A DNA stretch of 64,000 nucleotides from Elusimicrobiales bacterium (GCA_041665305.1 JBAYJD010000008.1:9209-73208); one strand, 5' to 3'; shown: positions 19,262 to 29,595, numbered from the stretch's first letter. Program-made: numbers and translations. Notes: generated by a model from the sequence alone, not told the origin.

Positions 19262-20277
19262 CAGACTCTCCGTTTATTTCAATAATTATCCCATGCCGGG
19301 ATGAGGAGCCGTTCATTGCAAAGTGCCTTGATTCGATCCTCGCTCAGGACTACCCATCAGCCCGGATGGAGGTTCTGATTGCCGAGGGAATGAGTTCGGA
19401 TCGGACTCGTGTTATTCTGGAAGATTATTCCAGCCTGCATCCCAATATCCACTGGTTTGAGAATCCGGCAAAAATTACCGTTGCGGGGCTGAATCTTCTC
19501 ATCGGCCGTGCAAAAGGCGAGATCATCCTTCGCATGGACGCGCATAGTCTTTTCCCCAGAGAGTATGTGTCCAAATGTGTCCGATATTTAAACGAATACA
19601 AGGTCGATAATGTAGGCGGGGTTTTGGAAACCTTGCCGGGAGCGGACACAGCTGTTGCGCGGGCAATTGCGCTGGCTCTTACGAGCCGGTTCGGCGTGGG
19701 GGGGGCCGCGTTTAGAATAGGCGTGAGCGAACCCGCAATCGTTGATACAGTTCCTTTCGGATGTTATCGCAGCGGGATCTTTGCCAGGATCGGATTATTT
19801 AACGAGAATCTTATTCGCAGCGAAGATAATGAGTTTAATGCGCGGTTGGCGAAGACTGGCGGTAAAATTCTTCTGCATCCGGAAATTAAATGCGGTTATT
19901 TCGCGCGGCCTGACATTCCCTCCATCATTAATCAATATTTTAGGAACGGCTTTGGTTGTGTTTATAGCGCCAAATTCGCCGAAAGCCCGTTTTTTTTGCG
20001 GCATCTGGCGCCGGTAGGGTGTCTGATCTTTTTTGCCGCATGTATGCTTCTGGGCATCTGGTTTAAATACTTATTGTGGCTGGGCTGCGGCTCATTACTG
20101 TTATACATCATCGGGGCGCTTGCCGCCTCGGCTATCCTTGCAGTGAAATATGGGTGGAGGCATTTTTTGTATCTTTTGATCGTTTTTCCTGTATTGCATA
20201 TTTCATACGGGATCGGTTCCTTATGGGGAATTTGCCGGTTGTTGTTGGAGGGGGGGCGTTTTAGGAATAGCCGATAG
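19258..20277 (+). CDS. glycosyltransferase family 2 with C-terminal TM segments (type b)
   Basis: ISIIIPCRDEE...RMDAHS...SEDNEFNARL, then 3-4 TM helices. Paralog of 22410-23534. Confidence 0.85.
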   Translation: MTDSPFISIIIPCRDEEPFIAKCLDSILAQDYPSARMEVLIAEGMSSDRTRVILEDYSSLHPNIHWFENPAKITVAGLNLLIGRAKGEIILRMDAHSLFPREYVSKCVRYLNEYKVDNVGGVLETLPGADTAVARAIALALTSRFGVGGAAFRIGVSEPAIVDTVPFGCYRSGIFARIGLFNENLIRSEDNEFNARLAKTGGKILLHPEIKCGYFARPDIPSIINQYFRNGFGCVYSAKFAESPFFLRHLAPVGCLIFFAACMLLGIWFKYLLWLGCGSLLLYIIGALAASAILAVKYGWRHFLYLLIVFPVLHISYGIGSLWGICRLLLEGGRFRNSR

Positions 20278-20284
20278 TATTTTT

Positions 20285-21229
20285 ATGCCTAAAATATCCG
20301 TGGTAATACCGCTTTACAATAAGGCGGCGCATATTATACGCGCTTTGGATTCCGTGACGGCGCAGACGGAACGTGATTTTGAAATTGTAGTGGTTGATGA
20401 CGGGTCAACTGACGGCGGCGGAATGATAGTGAGAACTTATCCCGATCCGCGGGTTAAATATCTCCATCAGGAAAACTCCGGGGTGTCCAGCGCACGTAAT
20501 AATGGGGTCGCCCACGCGCAATCGGATTTTATAAGTTTTTTGGACGCGGATGACGAATATGCTCCAAAATTCATCGCGACACTTCTGGCTTTGAGGCAAA
20601 AATATCCCCAAGCCGGGATATATTCAACGGCATACTATTTTGTCGGAGTTAACGGCAGGAAGATAAAGCCGAAATATCGGGCTATTCCTCAATTCCCATG
20701 GGAAGGTATACTGCCAAATTATTTCGAATCTGCACTGGGCGAACCTCCGGTATGCGCGTCGGCCTCTGCAGTCGCTAAAGCGGTTTTAAGCTGTGTGGGC
20801 AACTTCCCTTTAGGGGAAGCGTTCGGAGAAGATTTGGATATGTGGTTCCGCATCGCCATGAAATATCCGGTCGCGTTTTCAAGTTACGAGGGGGCAGTTT
20901 ACCATTGTGAGGCGCAGAACCGGATTTCCAGCAGATATCTGGCAATAAAAGGGTTTAAGCTTGTGGAAACAGCTAAAAATGCCTTAAATAGCGGGTCTGT
21001 GGCGAGGGAGAGCGTCTCCTTTGTAAAAGGTATCATTGATAAGCATTTGCTGATATCCGCCACTCATTGTATTTATGACGGTGATAATTTGCTCGCAAAA
21101 AAATACCTTGCCCAAATGCAAACTAATTTTTTTCTTAATAAAAAACGGTTTCGCGAGGTGTGTCTGCATATTCCGTATCCAATCCTGAAACTGATAATAT
21201 TTGTAAGGAATAAATTCAGGGAGATGTGA
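20285..21229 (+). CDS. glycosyltransferase family 2 (type a, second copy)
   Basis: VVIPLYNKAAHI...VVDDGSTDGG...FLDADDE. Colinear with the 15909-16862 product, including PWEGI.PNYFESALG and GEDLDMWFRIAMKYPVAFSSY. Confidence 0.9.
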   Translation: MPKISVVIPLYNKAAHIIRALDSVTAQTERDFEIVVVDDGSTDGGGMIVRTYPDPRVKYLHQENSGVSSARNNGVAHAQSDFISFLDADDEYAPKFIATLLALRQKYPQAGIYSTAYYFVGVNGRKIKPKYRAIPQFPWEGILPNYFESALGEPPVCASASAVAKAVLSCVGNFPLGEAFGEDLDMWFRIAMKYPVAFSSYEGAVYHCEAQNRISSRYLAIKGFKLVETAKNALNSGSVARESVSFVKGIIDKHLLISATHCIYDGDNLLAKKYLAQMQTNFFLNKKRFREVCLHIPYPILKLIIFVRNKFREM

Positions 21230-22368
21230 TCATGGATCATACTTCTCAGCCCTTCAGGGTATTGCATGTAATGTCCAGCGTAAATAGCGGCAGCGGCATT
21301 ATGAATGTGGTCATGAATTTGTATCGTAATATCGACCGCGCAAAAATCCAGTTCGACTTTTTATACTTGGAGGAAACCCCCAGTACCTGTAAATCTGAAA
21401 TTGCCGAATTAGGGGGGCGAATATTTTATATTGAAAAGCCAGGGTTGTTAAGTGCAAAACACTTTATATCCAGGATGGACGCTTTTTTTAGGGAACATGC
21501 CCGGGATTATGCGGTCATACACTTGCATGAGTTATTGATAAATGCGGTTTGTCTTGGGCTTGCCAAGAAACATGGGATCAATCATCGTATAGTTCATGCC
21601 CACGCTACAAAATATTCGGATAAAAAAATAAACGCTTTAAGAAATTATTTTTTATGCTTAACGCTGAAAAAATACGCGAATATCCTATTCGCTTGTTCCA
21701 GGAAAGCCGGAGAATTTCTATTCGGCAGAGCTGATGTTAAGAATGGAAAGGTCCATATTTTGAATAATGCGATCGATTGTGAAAAGTACGGCTATAATCC
21801 GGAAACGCGGCGTAAGGTTAGGAAGGAGTTGAGACTCGAGAACTGTTTTGTTATCGGACATGTCGGGCGATTGTGGAAACAGAAAAACCATGCGTTTTTG
21901 CTGGACATATTCTTTGAGTTATATAAAACGGAAAAAGATGCCGTGCTGCTTTTGGCCGGTAGCGGAGAGCTTGAACGGGAGATTAGGGATAAAGCGCATC
22001 GCCAGGGAATAAATAAGAGCGTCATATTCTTGGGGAACAGATCCGATGTCCGCGATTTGCTGCAGGCGATGGATGTGTTCGTTCTGCCGTCATTTTTTGA
22101 GGGCCTGCCGTTGACCTTGGTGGAGGCGCAAGCATCCGGGCTGCGATGTTTTACATCGACAAATGTCACGGAAGAGGCGAAGGTTACCGATTTGGTGCGG
22201 TATATTTCCCTTAGTAAATCAGCGGCGTTTTGGGCGGACACCATTTCGGCATGTCGAGGGTATGAACGGCAAGATGCTGCGATACTTGTCAAAAATAATG
22301 GATACGACATCAAAGATGTGGCCGGCAAATTGACCCAGTATTATTCAAAGCTGGCAGGACGGGCATAA
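21226..22368 (+). CDS. glycosyltransferase family 4 (GT-B, second copy)
   Basis: C-terminal VLPSFFEGLPLTLVEAQASGL (E-x7-E) and GRLWKQKN. Confidence 0.85.
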   Translation: MIMDHTSQPFRVLHVMSSVNSGSGIMNVVMNLYRNIDRAKIQFDFLYLEETPSTCKSEIAELGGRIFYIEKPGLLSAKHFISRMDAFFREHARDYAVIHLHELLINAVCLGLAKKHGINHRIVHAHATKYSDKKINALRNYFLCLTLKKYANILFACSRKAGEFLFGRADVKNGKVHILNNAIDCEKYGYNPETRRKVRKELRLENCFVIGHVGRLWKQKNHAFLLDIFFELYKTEKDAVLLLAGSGELEREIRDKAHRQGINKSVIFLGNRSDVRDLLQAMDVFVLPSFFEGLPLTLVEAQASGLRCFTSTNVTEEAKVTDLVRYISLSKSAAFWADTISACRGYERQDAAILVKNNGYDIKDVAGKLTQYYSKLAGRA

Positions 22369-22409
22369 GATACCGCGATAATCAGGCAAGGTATAATTTA
22401 TATTCAACC

Positions 22410-23534
22410 ATGGAAAGCAAACATCCGATATTGAGTTTTATAGTGGTCGCGCGAAATTCCGGTAAATATTTGCCTGATATTTTTACCGATATAGCAGCCC
22501 AGGATTTCCCAAAATCAGATGTTGAGTTTTTGTTGGTAGACGGCATGAGCGCGGATAATACAAAACAACTTGTCCGTGAATTTTCAGCCGCTAACACGGA
22601 TGTGCAATTCCGGTTCCTTGAAAACCCCGGAAAAATACTATCATCCGGCTGGAATGCGGCGCTTAAAGAGGCGAAAGGTGATATTATTATGCGTATTGAT
22701 GCGCATTCCAGAATACCGGTAAATTTTATTAGTAAAAATGTCGAAGCGATCAAGTCCGGTCACGCTATAGTCGGAGGCCCCAGAATTACCAGGTTGCCGG
22801 AAAATGGTGTGCCCCGCTTTCTGGCCCTTGCTGAGGTTTCCCGTTTCGGCGCCGGGTGCGCCAGCTACAGGCATGTCGGCAAGGCCGGATATACGGACAC
22901 GCTTGCCCATGCCGCCTATCGCAGGGATGTTTTCGGAAAAGTGGGCGGATATAACGAGGAACTGGTCCGGAATCAGGACAACGAAATCCATCGCCGGATG
23001 AAAAATGCCGGATACCGGTTTTGGTTCACCCCGGAAATATGGTCGGAACATTTCGCGCGCACAGATCTCTCAACGCTGCTAAAACAGAAATTCGGCAATG
23101 GATACTGGATCGCTATTGTTTCCGGCTTTTGCCCCAAATGCTTTGGGCTCAGGCATTTTGTGCCGTTTATGTTTCTTATGGCATTGTTCATAACAATAAT
23201 TGCCGCAATATTTGTCACGCCGGAGCCGCTGTACCTGCTCCTTTCAGTTTATTGCGGATCCGCGGCGTTTTTTACCGCAGAAGCTGTAAAGAGTGAAAGT
23301 ATAGAAATTAAATTATTGAGTTTGTGCATGCCGATTCTTTTTTTGTTTATGCATTTTTCTTATGGGTTAGGCACCTTGTGCGGATTTCTAATATTACCGT
23401 TTAAATGGAAGCGATTACGCTCATATAAACCGCCATTCCCAATAACCGAGTCTGGTTGCCTTGACGCCGTGTCGTTGCGCAGCGGGCCGGCTAAGAGCTT
23501 TGAGGAATTAGGTGAAGGAAAAGCGATAGGTTAA
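22410..23534 (+). CDS. glycosyltransferase family 2 with C-terminal TM segments (type b, second copy)
   Basis: LSFIVVARNSGKYL...RIDAHS...NQDNEIHRRM, then TM helices. Same architecture as 19258-20277. Confidence 0.85.
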   Translation: MESKHPILSFIVVARNSGKYLPDIFTDIAAQDFPKSDVEFLLVDGMSADNTKQLVREFSAANTDVQFRFLENPGKILSSGWNAALKEAKGDIIMRIDAHSRIPVNFISKNVEAIKSGHAIVGGPRITRLPENGVPRFLALAEVSRFGAGCASYRHVGKAGYTDTLAHAAYRRDVFGKVGGYNEELVRNQDNEIHRRMKNAGYRFWFTPEIWSEHFARTDLSTLLKQKFGNGYWIAIVSGFCPKCFGLRHFVPFMFLMALFITIIAAIFVTPEPLYLLLSVYCGSAAFFTAEAVKSESIEIKLLSLCMPILFLFMHFSYGLGTLCGFLILPFKWKRLRSYKPPFPITESGCLDAVSLRSGPAKSFEELGEGKAIG

Positions 23535-23536
23535 TT

Positions 23537-24505
23537 ATGAAAAAAATACTAGTTACCGGGGCGGCGGGGTTTATCGGGGCGCGGGTGGCGGCTAAGCTGC
23601 TTGAGCGCGGCGTTGAGGTTGCGGCCATTGACAACCTTAACGATTACTATGATGTCCGCGTTAAACAGTACCGGCTGAAGACTCTGAAGGCTTATAAAAA
23701 TTTCACTTTTTATAAATGCGACATAGAGAACCGCGCGGCAATGAACCGGATCTTTAAAAGCGGAAGGTTCGATGCGGTGATAAATCTTGCCGCCAGGGCC
23801 GGCGTCAGGTACAGCATGGAAAATCCGTTCGTTTACATGACCACCAACGCAGACGGGACCCTGAATCTGCTTGACGCAGCCCGTGAGTACGGCGTTAAAA
23901 AGTTCGTGCTGGCGTCAACTTCCTCGCTGTATGCGGGGCAAAAAATGCCGTTCGCCGAAACCCTGCCGGTCAACACGCCGATCTCGCCTTACGCCGCCAC
24001 CAAGAAGGCCGCGGAGGTTATGGCATATACCTATCATTACCTGTATGGCCTTGATGTGACCGTGCTGCGTTATTTTACGGTTTACGGTCCGGCCGGCCGT
24101 CCCGATATGAGCGTGTTCCGCTTTATTAAGTGGATCGACGAGGGCAAGCCGTTGCAGCTTTTCGGCGACGGCTCCCAGAGCAGGGATTTTACTTTTGTGG
24201 ACGATATCGCCGAAGGCACGATCAAGGCCTTGAAGAAAGTCGGGTGCGAAACGGTGAATCTTGGAGGCAATTCTCCTCACGAGATCAACGAGATGATCGC
24301 CCTGATAGAGGAATTTCTGGGTAAAAAGGCTGAAATTAAGCGGCAGGCTTTTCATAAAACCGACATGAAAGCTACCTGGGCCGATATTCATAAGGCTAAG
24401 GGCCTATTGAACTGGCGGCCCAAACTTGACCTGCGCCGGGGTCTTAAGCTTACGGTAGACTGGTACCAGGCTAATAAAAAATGGCTTGCAGGAATAAAGG
24501 TGTAA
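23537..24505 (+). CDS. NAD-dependent nucleotide-sugar epimerase (UDP-glucuronate 4-epimerase-like SDR)
   Basis: GAAGFIGARV Rossmann motif and YAATKKAAE (YxxxK). Extended-SDR length. Confidence 0.8.
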   Translation: MKKILVTGAAGFIGARVAAKLLERGVEVAAIDNLNDYYDVRVKQYRLKTLKAYKNFTFYKCDIENRAAMNRIFKSGRFDAVINLAARAGVRYSMENPFVYMTTNADGTLNLLDAAREYGVKKFVLASTSSLYAGQKMPFAETLPVNTPISPYAATKKAAEVMAYTYHYLYGLDVTVLRYFTVYGPAGRPDMSVFRFIKWIDEGKPLQLFGDGSQSRDFTFVDDIAEGTIKALKKVGCETVNLGGNSPHEINEMIALIEEFLGKKAEIKRQAFHKTDMKATWADIHKAKGLLNWRPKLDLRRGLKLTVDWYQANKKWLAGIKV

Positions 24506-24641
24506 AGTCGACCGGCTTACCAGGGAATTCGTAGCCCTGGAGTAGTGTCCGTATATTTACCCCTAACTACCAAACGGAGGCGTTAAAATTGTATTACGGT
24601 ATAAAATGGGGGATTCAACAGGAACTTGAGGAGGCTTGTTT

Positions 24642-25784
24642 ATGGAAATATCTTTTCACCGCGCGCATATAACCGAGGATGAAATTAACGGTGTGGTGGC
24701 GGCTGTTAAATCGGGCTGGCTTACCATGGGGCCTAAAACCGTTGAATTTGAGGAGAAGTTCAAGGATTATGTTTTTGCCGGTTCGGCCGTGCCGGCTGAA
24801 AACCGGTTTGCGGTGTCTTTTAATTCCGCCACGGCGGCGCTGCACCTGGCGCTTAAGGCTATCGGTTTAAAAAAAGGCGACGAGGTTATCATCCCCACGA
24901 ATACCTTTATCGCCACCGCCGAGGTCGTGACCTATTTCGGCGCCGTCCCGGTGCTTTGCGATGTCGAGTATGATACACATAATATGGATGTTTCCAAACT
25001 TAAGGCGCTTATAACATCCAGAACCAGGGCTGTTATCCCCGTGCATTACAGCGGCCAGATGTGCGATATGGACGAGCTCATGGCTCTGGCCAAAGAGCGC
25101 GATTTGAAAATTATCGAGGACGCCGCGCATTGTCTGCCCTCGTCTTATAAAGGCCGGCGCGCCGGGACCATAGGCGACATAACCTGTTTTAGTTTCTACG
25201 CCACCAAAACTCTGGCGTGCGGCGAGGGGGGGATGGCCGTTACCACGAACCCCGATTATGCCAAGACCATGAAGATCAACCGCCTGCACGGCATAAGCCG
25301 CGACGCCTGGGACCGCTATACGGCCAAAGGCAACTGGTTCTATGAGGTTGTGGATAACGGGAACAAATACAATACCACCGATATTCATTCCGCCCTGGGG
25401 CTGGCGCAGCTGGCCAAACTTGAAAAAATGTGCGCCATGCGCAAAAGAACGGCCGGTATTTATAATGCGGCTTTTGCCGGTTCTGCCGTAACCATGCCCG
25501 TGGTCCGCGCGGACAGGGATACCGCCTGGCATCTGTACGCTATAAAGGTGAATAACCGCGACGAATTGATGGCAAAGCTTAAAGAAAACGGCATTTCGAC
25601 TTCATTGCATTTTATTCCGGTTCACCGGCAGCCGTATTACACCGCAAAATACGGTTATAAAAAGGAGGATTATCCGGTGTCTGAAAAGATTTACGCCGGG
25701 TCCGTCTCCCTGCCTATTTACCCGGATCTGACGGAAGAGGAATCCCGTTTCGTGGCGGCCAGGGTCCTTGAATATGCGAAATAG
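24642..25784 (+). CDS. DegT/DnrJ/EryC1-family nucleotide-sugar aminotransferase (PglE-like)
   Basis: PLP-lysine context SFYATKTLACGEGG. Strong RBS gaggagg before the ATG at 24642. Confidence 0.85.
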   Translation: MEISFHRAHITEDEINGVVAAVKSGWLTMGPKTVEFEEKFKDYVFAGSAVPAENRFAVSFNSATAALHLALKAIGLKKGDEVIIPTNTFIATAEVVTYFGAVPVLCDVEYDTHNMDVSKLKALITSRTRAVIPVHYSGQMCDMDELMALAKERDLKIIEDAAHCLPSSYKGRRAGTIGDITCFSFYATKTLACGEGGMAVTTNPDYAKTMKINRLHGISRDAWDRYTAKGNWFYEVVDNGNKYNTTDIHSALGLAQLAKLEKMCAMRKRTAGIYNAAFAGSAVTMPVVRADRDTAWHLYAIKVNNRDELMAKLKENGISTSLHFIPVHRQPYYTAKYGYKKEDYPVSEKIYAGSVSLPIYPDLTEEESRFVAARVLEYAK

Positions 25785-26418
25785 TTTGTACGCGCTTTAC
25801 GGCAAGCGCGTCTTTGACATGCTGGCCGCAGCGTGCGGCCTTCTGGTGTTAAGTCCGGTCTTTATTTTAGCCGCGATAGCGGTTAAATTAAGCGGGCCCG
25901 GCCCGGTGCTGTTCGGCCACAGGCGCATAGGGCTTGATTTTAGGCCGTTCTATACGCATAAATTCCGCACTATGGTGGCCGGCGCGGACCGGAAAGGCTC
26001 CGCTATCACCACCGGCGGCGACGCCAGAATAACCGCCGTCGGGCGGTTGCTGCGCAAGACCAAAATCGACGAGCTGCCGCAATTGTTCAATGTGCTTGTG
26101 GGCGAGATGAGCCTGGTCGGCCCTAGGCCGGAAGTGGCGCAGTATGTCGAACTGTTCCGGGAAGACTATAAAACAGTGCTGAGCGTGCGCCCCGGCATAA
26201 CCGATTACGCGGCGATAGAGTACAGGGATGAAGAGGGTGTGCTGCGGGAGCTGGTCGGCGGGGAGGAATCCCCCAAACGATATCCTACCACTCATGACGC
26301 CTATGTGGCTGAAGTGCTTCCCGCCAAGATCGCTCTTTATAAGAAGTACATAGCGGAGCAATCCTTCCTGACGGACATAAAAATAATCATAAGAACATTC
26401 GGGAAAATAGTTGGCTAG
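25774..26418 (+). CDS. undecaprenyl-phosphate sugar phosphotransferase (small PglC-like initiating enzyme)
   Basis: Single N-terminal re-entrant helix. KFRTM, DELPQLFNVLVGEMSLVGPRP hallmark. The last ~20 codons are duplicated at 29591-29648. Confidence 0.9.
   Translation: MRNSLYALYGKRVFDMLAAACGLLVLSPVFILAAIAVKLSGPGPVLFGHRRIGLDFRPFYTHKFRTMVAGADRKGSAITTGGDARITAVGRLLRKTKIDELPQLFNVLVGEMSLVGPRPEVAQYVELFREDYKTVLSVRPGITDYAAIEYRDEEGVLRELVGGEESPKRYPTTHDAYVAEVLPAKIALYKKYIAEQSFLTDIKIIIRTFGKIVG
26349..26376 (+). repeat. left copy of 28-bp exact direct repeat bounding the islet
   Basis: catagcggagcaatccttcctgacggac is identical at 29591-29618. Similarity continues imperfectly for ~25 more nt in both copies. 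Confidence 0.9.
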
Positions 26419-26510
26419 ACGGCTGGACAGGTTGGAAAGTAGCTGTATGATCGGGGGCTAGCTTAATAGTGGTCGTTTTAAATAAGTGCATGAAATTTTA
26501 TATAAAATAC

Positions 26511-26539
26511 TTGCATTTATGAAAAAATTGCTGTATACT
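26511..26539 (+). promoter_or_regulatory. sigma-70-type promoter for the abiE operon
   Basis: TTGCAT (26511-26516), 17-nt spacer, TATACT (26534-26539). Lies 18 nt upstream of the ATG at 26557. Confidence 0.55.
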
Positions 26540-26556
26540 ATAAGCATCGGGGCATT

Positions 26557-27129
26557 ATGAAGAACGCGGAAAAATTAAAAAATTATATGCAGCCGGACCG
26601 GGTTTACAGACGCCAGGATCTGGAGGGGTGTTCAACTGCCGTGGACCGTGATTTGAAAACTCTTGTGGAGAGCGGCGAAGTGCGGAAACTTTCCGGCGGG
26701 CTTTACTATCGTGCCGGCAAAAATGCGTTTGGCTTTACATCGCCTGGTGACGAAGAACTTGTGCGGGCCTTCCTTAAGACCGATGATTTCCTGCTGACTT
26801 CATACAATTACTTCAATCAGCTAGGCCTGGGCCTTACTCAGGTCTATAGCGCCGGGTTGGTGTATAACCATAAACGAGCCGGGGAGTATTCTCTGGGCGG
26901 TAAAAGATTTAAGTTCCGTCTGGTGCCCGCATATCCACATGAGCTAAGCCGGGAATTCCTCCTGGTTGACTTGCTGAATAATCTTAAACGGCTGCCTGAT
27001 AATACCTATGGCGCCCTTGAGAATTTAAAGATCCGCTTAAAGGAATTCGACCGTACCGGTTTGACTGTCTGCGCGCAACGATATGGGAGTCCGGGGGCTA
27101 GAAAGATCCTACGGGGGATTTATGCCTGA
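26557..27129 (+). CDS. AbiEi-family type IV toxin-antitoxin antitoxin (transcriptional regulator-like)
   Basis: About 190 aa with a winged-helix-like N-terminus (DLKTLVESGEVRKLSGGLYY). 8-nt overlap with the AbiEii-type gene. Confidence 0.7.
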   Translation: MKNAEKLKNYMQPDRVYRRQDLEGCSTAVDRDLKTLVESGEVRKLSGGLYYRAGKNAFGFTSPGDEELVRAFLKTDDFLLTSYNYFNQLGLGLTQVYSAGLVYNHKRAGEYSLGGKRFKFRLVPAYPHELSREFLLVDLLNNLKRLPDNTYGALENLKIRLKEFDRTGLTVCAQRYGSPGARKILRGIYA

Positions 27130-28069
27130 CTTTTTCCATGTCAGGCCTGACGCTAAGGAGCTTTTTGAAACGCTTGCCTCACAAAAAGGCCTGCCCCCGG
27201 TCGTGGTGGAAAAAGATTACTGGGTAATGCACTGCCTATGGGGACTAAAGCGGCTGGGTTTGCATTTTGAGATGAAAGGCGGCACTTCTCTGTCTAAAGG
27301 GTGGCGTGTTATTGAGCGGTTTTCCGAAGACATTGATATCCGTTTTGAGCCCCCTCCGGGGTTAAGTGTGAAGGGAGACAAGCCGGCGCAGGTTGAAGCG
27401 CGCTTTGATTTTTATGACGCGTTGGCGGAGAAAATAAAAATACCGGGAATTATGGCGCAGAGGAATCGCGCCTATGATGATGAGAAAGCTCAAAATGGCG
27501 AAATAAGCCTGAAGTACGATTCTTTTTTTGCGTTAAATCCCGGCCTGGGGTTAAGGCCCGAGGTACTGTTGGAAGCCGGTTTTGCCAGAACCGCGCCGAA
27601 CGAACCCAGGGATTTCAGCAGTTGGGCTATGGACAAAGCCCTGGCCGCCGGACTTAAGATCGCTGACAACCGCGCCGGCGGCGTTCTGTGTTTTAATCCC
27701 GAATATACCTTCGTGGATAAGCTCCAGACAGTATGCAGGCGTTTTCGGCAATGGCGGGACCGCAACGATCCGCAAAAAGACAGACCGCGGCAGTTCAGCC
27801 GGCATTATTATGATCTGTACATGCTGCTGGTTGTTGACCGGGTTAAGAATTTTATAGGCACTGCGGGTTATAATAACTATAAAAGCGAAAAAATAAAAGG
27901 ACTTGACGCAAAGGAGTTTTCGTCGCGCAGCGCTTTCGTCTTTAGTGATGCCGGGACTTACGACCTGTTTGAAAAAGAATTTAAAGAATTAAACGGTCTG
28001 TTATTGTCTACTGGTCCGTCATTCAAGGAAGTTGTTGCAAGATTACGGGAGTGGTCTCCCGGATTATAA
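27122..28069 (+). CDS. AbiEii/AbiGii-family nucleotidyltransferase toxin (DUF1814)
   Basis: Hallmark VVEKDYW...GGTSLSKGWRVIERFSEDIDI. Confidence 0.85.
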   Translation: MPDFFHVRPDAKELFETLASQKGLPPVVVEKDYWVMHCLWGLKRLGLHFEMKGGTSLSKGWRVIERFSEDIDIRFEPPPGLSVKGDKPAQVEARFDFYDALAEKIKIPGIMAQRNRAYDDEKAQNGEISLKYDSFFALNPGLGLRPEVLLEAGFARTAPNEPRDFSSWAMDKALAAGLKIADNRAGGVLCFNPEYTFVDKLQTVCRRFRQWRDRNDPQKDRPRQFSRHYYDLYMLLVVDRVKNFIGTAGYNNYKSEKIKGLDAKEFSSRSAFVFSDAGTYDLFEKEFKELNGLLLSTGPSFKEVVARLREWSPGL

Positions 28070-28206
28070 CCAGGGACCAGGTCGGACAGGATCACCAAAA
28101 GGTATTCTACTCTTCATGATGCTTACAAGGAGCCTGGTAAGCAAATCAATTTGTTAATATTACACGCATATTGTAAAAACAACGAGTTGTTTGTGTAATC
28201 AACTCC

Positions 28207-29595
28207 ATGAAAAGAACCGTAGAGGTGCGGCTTGATGCCTGGCTGGCAAGTCCGGACCGGCGCCCGCTTGTTCTGCGTGGGCCCCGGCAGGTTGGGAAAA
28301 CCTGGCTGGTGCGGGAGTTGGCTGCCCGTTCCGGCCGCCGCCTGGTAGAGATTAATTTTGAACGGGATCCTTCCCTGAAGCGAATTTTCAAATTCAAGGA
28401 TCCCCGCCGGGTTTTGGGAGAGCTTTACCTTGCTCTATCTGTTGATATCGATCCGGATAACAGTTTGCTTTTTTTAGACGAGATCCAGGGTGCGGGAGAG
28501 GTGCTTGCCGGTTTACGCTGGTTTTATGAGGAACTGCCCCGGTTGCCGGTGGCGGCGGCGGGTTCGTTGCTGGATTTTGCGCTCGCCGACCATGCTTTCA
28601 GCATGCCGGTAGGACGCATAGCTTTCCAGCATATTGAACCGATGGGGTTTCCCGAATATCTTATAGCCCACGGGCAGGAACGCCTGCTGTCTCCGATCTC
28701 CGCCTGGCGTCCCGGCGAAGAGCTTTCCGTAACGGCGCATGCGCAGGCTTTGAGCTGGTTTTACCGGTTTGCGATGGTCGGCGGTATGCCGGCGGTGGTG
28801 GCGGCGGATGTGGGCGGGCGTGAGCCGCGTCATGTGCGGGAACTGCAAAAAGATCTGGTGGCCGCTTATCGTGCGGACTTTGCAAAGTATTCCGGCCGGA
28901 TGGACAGGGATATCCTTGACGCTGTGTTGAAAACTGTGGTCGCGTCGCTGGGCAGGAAGTTCGTCCACGCTCATGTGCGTGAAGGCGTAAAACAACATCA
29001 AGCAAAACGCGCGTTGGATATGTTGAGCATGGCGCAACTTGTGCATCAGGTCCGTTACACCGCGGCCAACGGGTTGCCTTTGGGCGCAGAAGTGAAAAAT
29101 TCTTTCCGTAAGGTGGTGGCGGCGGATGTGGCGGTTGTTCACGCGATACTGAACACTCCCGCCGCTCAGTCCTACCCGGAGTGGGACTCTTTGGCCCCGG
29201 CGCTGCGGGGTCAGTTGACAGATCAACTGGCGGCTGCTCAGTTACGGTTGACAGATTCCGGGGCTGGTGACGGTCCGGAGCTCTACTACTGGCAGCGAGA
29301 AGGGGGGCGTCCCGGAGAGATCGATTATCTGGTGCAAATGCTGGGCCGCATTATTCCTGTAGAACTCAAGCCAGGAGCGTCAGGCGCTATGAAAAGCCTT
29401 CACCAGTTTATGTTTGAGCGACGCCTGCCGCTCGCCGTGCGGGGTGACTCAAACCCTCCCTCCGTGATAAATGTGGATGTGAAAACTACACAGGGCAATG
29501 CCGTGCGTTACAAGCTTGTAAGCGTACCCGTCTACATGCTCTGGAATCTGCCGGCTATACTGGCGAAAGAACTTGGAACGGTGGGCGCCACATAG
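28207..29595 (+). CDS. AAA-family ATPase with DUF4143-type C-terminal domain
   Basis: Walker A GPRQVGKTW, Walker B LLFLDEIQ. C-terminal EIDYLV...PVELK restriction-endonuclease-like motif typical of this family. Much higher GC than the flanking TA genes. Confidence 0.8.
   Translation: MKRTVEVRLDAWLASPDRRPLVLRGPRQVGKTWLVRELAARSGRRLVEINFERDPSLKRIFKFKDPRRVLGELYLALSVDIDPDNSLLFLDEIQGAGEVLAGLRWFYEELPRLPVAAAGSLLDFALADHAFSMPVGRIAFQHIEPMGFPEYLIAHGQERLLSPISAWRPGEELSVTAHAQALSWFYRFAMVGGMPAVVAADVGGREPRHVRELQKDLVAAYRADFAKYSGRMDRDILDAVLKTVVASLGRKFVHAHVREGVKQHQAKRALDMLSMAQLVHQVRYTAANGLPLGAEVKNSFRKVVAADVAVVHAILNTPAAQSYPEWDSLAPALRGQLTDQLAAAQLRLTDSGAGDGPELYYWQREGGRPGEIDYLVQMLGRIIPVELKPGASGAMKSLHQFMFERRLPLAVRGDSNPPSVINVDVKTTQGNAVRYKLVSVPVYMLWNLPAILAKELGTVGAT

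Noticed and set aside
26354-26363. ggagcaat inside the 28-bp direct repeat (minus-strand attgctcc), and aaaaattgctg in the abiE promoter spacer
   Set aside because: No TGCCAT-like hexamer lies at the correct distance on either strand. The resemblance to the island promoter is coincidental.
26419-29590. Search for an integrase, transposase or tRNA target that would explain the islet
   Set aside because: None of the three ORFs has recombinase motifs and no tRNA-like sequence is nearby. The islet is reported only as a repeat-bounded insertion with unknown mobilisation.
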